This document shows, in pieces, positions 50,020 through 60,000 of a stretch of 60,000 nt of DNA. Origin of the DNA: Callorhinchus milii. Its lineage: Eukaryota. The notes beneath the pieces were generated by a model. The model saw only the letters and a list, made by a program, of their open reading frames with translations, made no database searches and had not been told where the DNA came from. The DNA lies in NCBI RefSeq assembly GCF_018977255.1, contig NW_024704742.1, forward strand, positions 110,362,001 through 110,422,000, read 5' to 3'. Position 1 is the first letter of the stretch; each line of letters begins with the position of its first letter. Position numbers and translations under genes: made by a program.

Positions 50020-50530
50020 GACTTGTCCAGATAATAGAGCAGGCATTAATCCCATTGTCAGGCATGTGCCAATGTAAGTCTTTCCTTTCCTCTGCACACT
50101 GCAAGCTTTAGAGGTACCTGAGTTATGAGGAGAGGTGATGGAAACTAGGAATTGTTCAAACTGAAGAGAAGACTCAAAAGGGATTTTACTGAAGTATTCA
50201 AATTCATAAAGAGTATGCATTAACTGAGTTCTAATAATATGTTTAACATAGTTATGAATGCTACAGCAAGTGTGGGGGAGGGCACAGATTCAAGTTTAGG
50301 GACAGACAGTTTAGACTTAATTACATTACAAAGAGCTTCGTGAATTGATGACCCTGGGAGGTGGCGCAGGCAGATTGCGCCAGAAAATTCAAGCAGGAAT
50401 ATTAGATAACATTTTAAAGAATAAATGGATTGAGAGATATAGTATAATTTTATTTTTATTTTGACACCAGTCAAATGGGTCACAGTGACCTGTTCTAGTC
50501 CTGTGTGTACCTTATGGCATATCATCGATC
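50020..50530 (+). mobile_element. Old CR1 LINE 3' fragment
   Basis: LSYEER..KLGIV..KRRLKRDF.EVFKFIK; 3' end aaatgggtcacagtgacctgttctagtcc. Confidence 0.65.
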
Positions 50531-51989
50531 CAGGTAGCTTAGAACATAGTGGTGTCATGACATCGTAGATCGCATGATGTTATCAGAATGCACTAGAGAG
50601 GTGAATAATCTATTGGTCAGTTCATGTCTTGTCTTTTTATTCATTGTGTAGCTATTGCCTGGCTGTGACTGCAGGGTCTGATTCATTTAGGTTCTGCTGA
50701 CTTTAGCCTGGTTGTTCATGGTGTTCTACTTGATAAGGAATGTTTGTTGTTTAGTGAGCCAATTTGCAGCAGTGAGTGAAGAACAGAGCTAATTTCCTGC
50801 AGTGAGTGAAAAACACAGCTTCAGGTTAACAGTTCAATGTGTGTTCCAATCACCATATAAGGACTAAAAGTTGCCTTTTAAAATTGTTTGGGTTGGGTGT
50901 AATCACAAAGGCTGAACAATGCAGCCCACGTTATCATAGAGCTTAATTTATAGCAAAATAACAAGAAAAATGAAATGTTTAAATTGTCCAGTTAGATAAT
51001 TCGACCAGACCCTAACTTTTACAGGATAATCTTCTTAGTAACTGTGCAGTTGCGACACTTAAAACAAAACTGAAATGGACACATAATTATAACCTCAAGG
51101 ATCATAAATGTCAGAATTAAAAACAAAGGTCATTAAAAATTCTATCGCAATCATGAGACCTAGAGCATAGTGGCAGAGTGCTGACTTCCCTACCAGATGG
51201 TCACAGGGTCATGTCCAGGGTTGCCTGTCAGTCTAATCCATGATATACAGTTATGATGAATGGAGTTAATTCTGGGTCAGATCACTTCATGCAGTGCAGC
51301 GTGATACTGGAGTGTTCTTCCTGTGGGGTGTGAGAGGTGGGAAAGAAAAATCTGACCATGGGATAGAACTGGGTCCAATTAGAGAGGACGCTGATCTGAC
51401 ATACCTCATCTTCACAATGAAAGGCAAGGCACCCTGATGGGTGGAAACAGAAAATATTTATATGCAGCGTAAAGAGTCGGGCTCATACCTTTACTTTCAC
51501 TTTACGTTTCACGCCTTTTGGATTCATCAGCACTGAGGATAATAACTGATCCCCAACGTTGCAGCTTATGCATTATGATCCTGGTGAAGAGGTCCATTAA
51601 AGTTCAGTCAATGAAATGATAATCCACTATTGTTCATACAAAGGTTAAAACATTTTTTTAAAATAAATATTTTTGGAACATCCGAACAAACACACATGAC
51701 TGAAGGGCTGCTATTTTAACTGTTGATAAAATGCGTGCTTGATGATTCTTCTAATTTTAATTATGAATTTTTGCTTGTAGATTGTTAATAAAAAGCATTA
51801 AAAATGTTGTCAAAATTTCAAGATGAATCTGTACAACAGACTAGCCAGGGACATAGCAGAGACAGCTTGTGTCAACACATTAAAGAGGAAATTAGATGGC
51901 TGGCAAATAATTTGATTGTCGGATATGAAAGATAATAGTAACAGGATTGTAAAAATTTTGGGTACCAGCTAGCAAGTTATTGTATACAG

Positions 51990-52660
51990 TGTATAATGGC
52001 TTAGTTAGTATTGGCACTGACCAGTGTAACACTGAACCACACAGACCAGTTTTTACCAGTTGTCTGTGTTTGTGGTAAGTTAGCCAATTTGTTCCCTTTG
52101 CTCAGTGAGTACTGACCTGCTTCATTTCCCCTGCCCAATCTGCCCCATTGTCGGTGGACAAGCTTTCAGCTATTCTGTTGCGCTTTTCTGAAATTCCTCT
52201 TTCGCATCCTCTCCCCACTTTTAAAGCTTGCCTTCAGACTTATCTTTTGACTGCACTTTTTGGAAATTTTACCCTCTTCCCCAGTCTTCAGCTCCATCTC
52301 CCGCAGGTTGGATCCCAAGTCAGCCGTATGAAGTGCTTTGCAATGTCCTCCCAATATGAAAGGTAGAAATTAAGTTGTAATGTAACATATCTTACAGTGG
52401 TGGCAGCATTGGAAGGGTTTCCAATTGACCTCAGTGTCTTTGGAGTTAGATAGGGAATATCAGCCAGGTTCCTGCTGGAAGGTGCAATATGTACTTTTGG
52501 ACATCTGAAGACAAGATTGGATTGGAATGATCCCCCCCACCGCTACTCCAGGTGAATAGTCTGATGACACTTGTTGTCCAGGGCAGCCAGAACAGAGGGA
52601 ATTGTATCCCAAGATTAGCCAGCACCTTGTGGAAAAGAGGAGAGAAAGTAATAGGAAAAA
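51990..52660 (+). mobile_element. Ancient SINE-like repeat (copy 5) split by an old L2 3' end (about 52110-52380)
   Basis: Head atggcttagttagta..acactgaaccacacagaccag; after the L2, caattgacctcagtgtc..gggaatatcagccaggttcctgct..gaatagtctgatgacact. Confidence 0.55.
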
Positions 52661-53224
52661 TGCTATTCTCCTTTCATGTTGCGGAACTGCTGCTGACAGT
52701 GGTAGAAAACACTAATACTATACTCCAATCAGCAGCATTACAAGCATTATAGCAAATCAGTGCTGGAGAAATGAAATATTTTCGGTTTCATCCTTTTCTG
52801 CTCAATCGCATGAGACTACAGTATTGTCAGTAGGCAGAACTTAAAGGTCAAATGAGATAATGCAAGAAACATTCTGATTGAACTGAGGTATGAATCAGTA
52901 GGAACGCAAAAGCATCTGCTCCCCTGCAGTAAGTTCAGATGCTTTGTCTTCATGCTAAACCCAGTGTCCAGACTTTCTCACATTGATCTTGAAATTAAGC
53001 ACAGTTTAACACCAAGGTTATCAGTCAGGACCAACGAAACTCATTTGTCCAAAAGTCTGAGGAATGTTCACACTCAAAATGTTAACTTGTCTTTCTCTTT
53101 AGATCAGATTTCACACATTTGCTGCTTTTATTTCAAATTTGCAGCATTCAGGTTTTCTTTTCATCTAATTTTCGACAAGTTGCATCTCCACGTAGTCGAT
53201 CTGGGATATGTACAGTCACATAAT

Positions 53225-53535
53225 AATTGTAATAATAATCCTTGCATTTGAGTTAGCGCCTTATCATTTCTTCGAGACATCTCAAAGCGCTTCACAGAAT
53301 ATATTATAAGTGAATTGACTGCATTTTGTGGGTGAAACGCTGCAGCTAATTGCGCACAGCAGTAACATAAAACAATACAAGTTACATTTATATATCACCT
53401 TTCATGTTGGAAAGATGCCTCATCATGCTTGAGAGTGCTGAATGGGCACCTGAGCTGGGGGTAAGAGCCGAAGGGATGTGAGGAGGGAGAAAGATGACCA
53501 AAAGACTGGTCAAAGAGGTAGGTTTGGAATGCCTT
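53225..53535 (-). mobile_element. SINE 3' half (53225-53362) abutting an old L2 3' end (53365-53535)
   Basis: aataataatccttgcatttgag..aattgcgcacagca, then aacaatacaagttacatttatatatcacctttcatgttgg. Confidence 0.8.
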
Positions 53536-55524
53536 ATGTACCAGAAGGAAATATACATGATCTTTCATAACCAATTATGTCATTAAATTTTCTTTTGAAA
53601 CTTCATATTTTCATCTCACTATAGCTAAATAGCCCAAAGCACAACTCGTAGTTGTGAGCTTCCTTGTGAATTCTGCACAAGATGACTTTGTTGCCTTGCT
53701 CTGCATCACAGTGAGAAATTCTGCATGCGCCAACTCTCCTCGTGCAGTTTAAAATTGTGACAAAACCCAAACCTCCCCATTATGTCGTTGCACAACTCAC
53801 TGCACTGTCAGCTGCAAACATTAAACAAAATAACATGCTCGAACAGTTTAATCTGATGTTGCCATTAATCTTTACACTGTGTGTCAGCTTTACTCATGAT
53901 CACAAGTCAACAATGTTTACATTTAGCACAGGCACCATTTGTAGACGTGAGCAATGGAGAAAATGATATGGCTGGGATACATTCCCTTTCCTCAACATAA
54001 ATTAGCTGAAGTACATATTAAGAGATTATTGACCTGTATAGTGCTCTGAGGCTGAGTAAACAGCATAATTCTGAGGGCCAAGTGTAACACAGTCCCAGTG
54101 TGCTTTGCAGATTAATCCTCTGAGAAAGAATTTTCCTCTGCAGATTTCAAAACGCGCAAATGTGATTTTTTTCTTTACCATTTCTGCTTAGGGAAATGTT
54201 TTATAAGACAGAACATTTGGGTTTATCACAATTCCTCTGATTGAGGCATCTATTGAGCAATAGTTTTGCAGGAAGTTGGCTATACACCAAAGTTTCACTG
54301 GTATTTGTGTAGGTCTACAATGGTGTGTAAATAGAACATTAGTGAACTTGGTAAAAATATGCCAATGGTGAGTCTATTTTTAAAGCCATTTTTGACTGCA
54401 ATTGCATTATCTGTGATCAATAATTGGTGGCGCTGAGTGAAAAAGTAAAGACATTTTAGAACATAGGAACAGAGATAAGCAATTGTTTAAGGTCAAAAAA
54501 AAATTTTTGGGAGTTAGTGTGCATATTGATGTTCTCTGAAAGAGATACATTTTATTCTGAAATGCTTTTCCTGGTATGAGACACCATCTATGTTGCTATT
54601 TTCCCACCAAGGTCTTTATCAACTTAATTATTAGTAGCAATGACCTCCCTTAGATCCTCTGTGAACAGAGACCTGCACACCTCCACGGCGCCCAGAGAGC
54701 ACAATTTCCATTTACTATCACCCTCTATTCTTCAATATTTAGTACATTTTCAATCAAATTGTGTAACTAGTTCAAACACTTGATTGTCTTTAAAGGTTAT
54801 AGATGGAGGATATTAATTGTATTCTGAACATTCTTGTATCCACTAATTTAATTACACCTGAAAGAACCCCATAGATTTATAAGGCAATGTCTTGCAAAAA
54901 TATGTAGACATCCTTCATGGTCTTTAGATGATTTCTGGTCTCTGTACTATCTTGGTATTTTGCTTGAAAATATGAACCAGAGCATTGTCTACTCATTCAT
55001 TTACTTGAGGATTCTAAGGAACATCCCATTCATGCAGCCGTATCATTTTCTTTCTTCCAGCATCTGGTGATACATGAAATGCAGCTTAACATGAATGCTA
55101 CACTGCTCTTTGTGGATATCTGAAATTAGTTATATATATGAGTTTGAGGCACAAAAGATCACCTTTACAGATGGAGAAAGGCTTCAGGCAATGATTGACT
55201 TAAAGTTCCTATGAAGCTCAGCACACAGGTCCAGCACAGTCTAGTCGAGTTGTGTTGAGAAATCCTTGCTAAGAATATTCTCCCTTTGGGATATCTATGG
55301 ATTCTTGATATCTCTCACTTTGTTTTTCTGCATTAGGTACAAAATAACCATTTTGCATAAATTTAACTAATTTTTTTTGTCAACTGGGTATTTGTGTATG
55401 TTGTAACCCATTACTGAAATTTCCACATATGAATAGTTTCAATTTGTATGTAATATATACTCCCTCCCCAGAGAAATGCACCCTACTCACGTAATCACTG
55501 AAATGTTAGGTGCTTGATAGCAAG

Positions 55525-55823
55525 TCTCATGTCTCCCGCCCGACCCACCCTACCATCAGTGGCCGGGCTTTCAGCCTCTCTGCCCCCACACTCTGGAACT
55601 CCATCCCACGGTCCATTCGCCTCGCTTCCTCCATTGCCTCCTTCAATGCCGGTCTCAAGACCCTTCTCTTCGACCGTGTCTTTGGTCTCCCTCCCACCTC
55701 TCTACCTTCCCTCAACCCTACAGCACCCCTCCCCATGCTTGGGGCCTGACATCTGACTGTTCAGCACTTTGGGACGTCCTCTTAACGTGAAAGGCGCTCT
55801 ATAAATGTAATGTTGTTGTTGTT
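55525..55823 (+). mobile_element. L2 LINE 3' end
   Basis: Matches 14305-14580 and rc of 37160-37460. Confidence 0.92.
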
Positions 55824-56257
55824 GATTGGACCTGTTAAAGATATTTGAGAAGAATCCCAGCCACAAGTATTTGGTCTGCCAATGAACGAGGCTGTCTGGT
55901 CCTTCATCAACAGTGTTGTGACGTAGTTTGGATTTATCTGGCTCAGGTATATGATGAGAAAGACTACCAAAGATTATCAACTTGATTCTGATCCTCCAGG
56001 CAGGTCACTTTGGAGCAAACTCAGCCTCCAAGGGCCCCATATTCCCTATCAAGGTGAATTATCATTAGTTGGTCATTAGACACCTTATAAAAGCAGGTTT
56101 GAATGCTTCTTTGGTGGATTTTAGGAACTAGCCACGTTAATGGTATATGATTTTGCAATACTAACAAAGAATGGAGGCTGCAATTTGCTGCAATTTGTTG
56201 CTTGAAGGATGTGTAAAGCTTTGTGAATACCACTTCCTTCTTAATCTGTGATGATCT

Positions 56258-56678
56258 CTCTCTACTATCCCCCTACCTACCTGCCCGTACCCTCCGTTCC
56301 TCCGGCTCCGGTCTGTTCCACGTCCCCCGCCCCAATCGCCCTACCATCGGTGGTCGGGCCTTCAGTCTCTCAGCCCCGAGGCTCTGGAACTCCATCCCCA
56401 GTGCCTTCGCCGCCTCCTCCCTTTCCTCCTTCAAGGCCGGTCTCAAAACCTTTCTCTTTGACCGAGCCTTCAGCTCCCCTCTCGACTCTTTTCCCTCTCT
56501 CGCTCCCTCCCTTCCCTCCCCTCACCCTGACCATTTCCCCCCTCCTCACTCCCTCCCTTCCCTCCCCTCACCCTGACCATTTCCCCCTGCTCGGGTCCTG
56601 ACCCAACTGTGCAGCGCCTTGGGACGTCCTCCTGACATGAAAGGCGCTCTATAAATGGAATCTTGTTGTTGTTGTTGT
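56258..56678 (+). mobile_element. Young L2 LINE 3' end with duplicated 3'UTR unit
   Basis: Closely matches 48613-48983; ctcaccctgaccatttcccc occurs twice. Confidence 0.92.
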
Positions 56679-57729
56679 TATGGTCATAGAGCATTTCTAC
56701 AAATCCAGGCTATGAATAGGGGTAGCAAACTTATAGAAAGATTGGTGGGAAACACATTTTTGTGGATTTGCCAAATCTTTGTGACTACAGGCCTGAGCCT
56801 CATTACACTCTGCTCTATAACACTCTCTGACACACGGCTCAATTTGCCTGTACTTCAGTATTCCTGCTGATCTCTATCGGTCAAGTCTATTTTGTCAAGT
56901 CTGCAGCGGAGAGATCGAAGAATTTTCAGACTTACTCGACATTCATTCAATGTACAAATGCCAGTGTAACTTAACTTTCACATACCAAACCCTGCAAAAT
57001 GATTTCATTGCAAATATAAAGTATAGTACATAAACCTGTATGAAGGCGTTTTGAGATACTCTCCTGAAATGAAATGTGCTATATAAATGTAAATTGTCAT
57101 TGCTGTTGTTGTTGTGACAGAATCTGAAGAAAGATTATTGTAGATGCACAAAATTGTGTGCTAATTGAACGGAAATGATTGTTAATGTGGCAAGTTTCAA
57201 GAAGCACACATCAAACTTGTTTTAGTAACTGGACAAATCTGTGCCATTTTACCACAGATCAGATTCCACACGTGCTTTAATTGTCATGGAATTAATGCAT
57301 TAACTAAAACAAGTTTTGGTTGCTTGAGGACTTATTTAAGAAACCACATGATGCTTCAAAGGGAAGACAGTAAGGTTGGTATTCTGGAAGGATGAGGTAA
57401 AATGAGCCCAAAAATTAACACTCAAATCTTTCTTGTTATATTTTGAAATAGGCATCAAAGATAGATTACATTAGTGGAAATAGCATGGTATAATTAAGTT
57501 AAGTAACTATTCCATATATTGGCACCTGGGATGCTTCTTGTCTGTATGACTGAGCACCATGACCATAGACTTTTGAAATCCTCTCTGTGTGTTTCTTATA
57601 TCTCTGATCAGGTCCCTTTTTTAAACAAAAATGTGTTTTTAACAAAAGTTACGTGATCATATATAGTTGTGCAATTTATCCATTCCGTAGTTGTGAGAGA
57701 AAACTAAACATGGAAGGATTTTGCTGTGT

Positions 57730-59291
57730 GTCAGCCAGGTGCCTGACACATACAGAAACCCATTCCTGCTGCTTGTCCAGCTGTAACCCTACATATTAGG
57801 GCTTTGACTTGCAGGGCTAATGGGAGCTGAAAGGCAAAAAACCCTAACTTCAGTGACTAGTCTGCTCTTCGCAGTCCTGCCGATGAGCCAGGCTGGCTGG
57901 GCTGTCATCAGCATTGTCCTGGAATACTGTGGACCCGCCTGGCTCAGGAACTGGACTAATGAGGTTCCATCAGAGAGTGGGCTTGATTCTGATATTCTGT
58001 TGCCAAACATGTCACCTTGGAGCTACTTCAGCTCCAGGGAAACCCCACTTACCTCCCTCCCTAGGAAGATAGTCACTAGTTGGTCATTTGATATTCGAGA
58101 AACACAGATTTGAGCTCATAATAGGTGGATGTTAGGTACCAGGAACTCCCTGCAAGCTTCCTAGTGGCAACGTAGCTTAGCATGAAATGTGTGAGAGCAT
58201 TGCCACCAATTCCTGCCCACGGCTCAGATACACATCCTTTCCTGTTGAGCTATGGCTCCACCAGTTGGAGATGCTGAGCTTGAGCAGTAGCTGCTTACTT
58301 CTCTGCAAATCGATCAAGATGGATTCCAGGTGCTGGATTTACGAACGCATATTCACAAATTCACACTCCAGGTAATGCCTTCCATCAGCCATCGCTCCAA
58401 CCCTCAGAATTTCCTCATCATCTATTTGGCAGACATCTACCTTCAGTGTGGTGGGAGGTCCTTTATAGGACTGCTTGTGACATGCCAGCCACCTTGATGT
58501 TCTTGAGGTCTAAATCCAATGCCACTTACCAGGCTTACTCAGCACCATTTGCTTAATCCAGGACCTCATGTGAAGAGCTTTGGTAAATAGATGCGGAATC
58601 ATGGGCACTGTGAAACCAACTCTGCTTCCAGGAAGCTCACTGACTGGTCAGTGGAGGTGGGAGTCCTCTTTCCCTGCAGTTTACTACAAGCCACCTCACT
58701 GCTTGATCCTGGACTTTGTGAATGGGTCAGAGGAAGGCTCTCTGCTTGATCCCCAGGTGCTCAGAGCCATAAGGGAGGACTGTTTACACACAGGTCTTGT
58801 ATGCCACAAGCTTGACCTGCATTGAGACATTGTTGTCTTGAAGAAAGATGAACATGACCAGAGTGCCCTTTGCCCTTTCTCTGTGTGTCCTTCAGGACAG
58901 TGTCTAGGCTGAAGTTGGTGTCCATCACAACCCAAGGTACAGAAAAGAATGAACAATTGGGACTGACAGCTGCCTTCCTACCCCCTCTGCTCTCCCTCAT
59001 TCCAAACCTGCTCCCCATGCTTGGGTCCTGATCCCTGACTGTTCAGCACCTTGGAACGTCCTCCTGAAGTGAAAGGCGCTTTACAAATATAACTTTGTTG
59101 GTGTTGTTGCTGTTGCTGCCCTTTCCTCCAATCAATCCCCTCAATGTCTTCTACTGAGCTGTGCAGAACCATGATTCTGCACTTTGGGGTGCCCACCAGC
59201 ATCTCCCACCAGCTGGCAGTGTTCAAGATAGTGGGTGCAGCTCAGAAGGTGCTCAGGTAAGTCTGCCAGTAGCATGATATCATCTGCAAAC
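57730..59291 (-). mobile_element. Old RTE/RTEX-like LINE, RT catalytic motif to 3' end, many stops and frameshifts
   Basis: Minus strand reads FADDIMLLAD (from 59290), SFLYLG, KLVAYKTCV*TVLPYGSE, LLLKL..NWW, and THFMLS (possible CCHC remnant). Clade call is tentative. Confidence 0.75.
58975..59115 (+). mobile_element. L2 LINE 3' end nested in the RTE/RTEX-like element
   Basis: ttcagcaccttggaacgtcctcctgaagtgaaaggcgctttacaaat..gttggtgttgttg. Confidence 0.88.
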
Positions 59292-59304
59292 TTGTGGCGC
59301 TTCT

Positions 59305-59859
59305 GTTTGGGGATGATATTGCACTGCTGGCGAACTCACCTGGGGATCTCAGTTGGAAGGGAAAAAACGGATCAGCTGGGAAAAAAGATCCACAAAGGCA
59401 CAAGATGGATCTTGATGGTCTTTACTTGATCCTTTGCATTGTTAAATTCCTAATTCTCCCCCTTAGGGAGATATCCATCTTAGGCAGAAGGTAAATGGTG
59501 AGTTGGCTCCAAAGTGTTTAGCAACAGGATGTCAGAATTGGGTCAATTCATGGTGGTAGTGTCTGTATCCCAGTTCCTAAGCCAGGCAGATCTGCAATAC
59601 TCATGGGCACAGCTGACAGGCCAGCCAGCCTGGCTCATTTGGCAGGAAATGGAGGGACAGATGAGTCACTGGAAGCAGAGATTCTTCACACAAAGCCCTA
59701 ATGGGTAGAGTGATTGTAGTGGACAACCAGCTGGAAGCTTATCAGACAGTGCTCTCATTGGCAAACTATGCAGTTTTAGCTGGTTAAACTCCAGCAGTTC
59801 CCCAACATACTGGGGTTCCCAAGCCTTCCAGTTTCTGCATGTGTCAGACACCCGCTGAC
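59305..59859 (+). mobile_element. Second, inverted, internally deleted copy of the RTE/RTEX-like LINE
   Basis: FGDDIALLANSPGDL at 59306; MFSNRMSE..QFLSQA..QPAWLI mirrors minus ORF 57789..58010; ends tttctgcatgtgtcagacacccgctgac. Confidence 0.75.
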
Positions 59860-60000
59860 CAAAGAAAGTAATTATCCCTCATTCTAGCTCAGTGGAAAGG
59901 AGGGGAAGCTTTTGCAAAGCAAATTATTTTTAAGTTAAAATTTTAGCAGTCTATAGCTATTTTCTGTGAATTGTGGCTTAAGTTGAGACTTAAGTAGTTG

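Noticed and set aside
53020..53160. Penelope-type tail with hammerhead
   Set aside because: Only vague similarity; CTGATGA and GAAA cores are not intact.
57730..59859. DIRS-type retrotransposon with inverted terminal repeats
   Set aside because: The inverted arms are themselves LINE ORF2/3' sequence, the same 3' part occurs unpaired at 14985-15525, and no tyrosine recombinase or gag remnant was seen.

Overview
Repeat-rich, non-coding vertebrate DNA: a long intron or gene desert. The repeat complement points to a cartilaginous fish, most like elephant shark/chimaera; this is inference from the tRNA-Ala SINE with an L2-type tail and (ATT)n end, Deu-domain SINEs, and L2 and CR1 LINEs. I recognise no intact host protein-coding gene, rRNA, true tRNA or CRISPR array. 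Nearly all longer ORFs in the track are decayed retrotransposon frames or their antisense. Main elements: many 5'-truncated L2 LINEs (largest 37158-39631); one near full-length CR1 LINE (about 35165-41042) with zinc-finger/SGNH-esterase ORF1 and APE endonuclease but no RT core; older CR1 fragments; three SINE families; several MITEs; and an old RTE/RTEX-like LINE. The most unusual structures are two head-to-head (tails-outward) LINE palindromes. At 57730-59859 both arms start at the same RT FADD motif. At 6508-7075 both arms share a CR1-type tail plus its flank. Also present: an 87-nt near-perfect hairpin (31822-31908), several short locally templated duplications at insertion junctions, and a degenerate hammerhead-like motif (about 51462-51538). 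Boundaries are by eye and approximate; family names are not database-verified.
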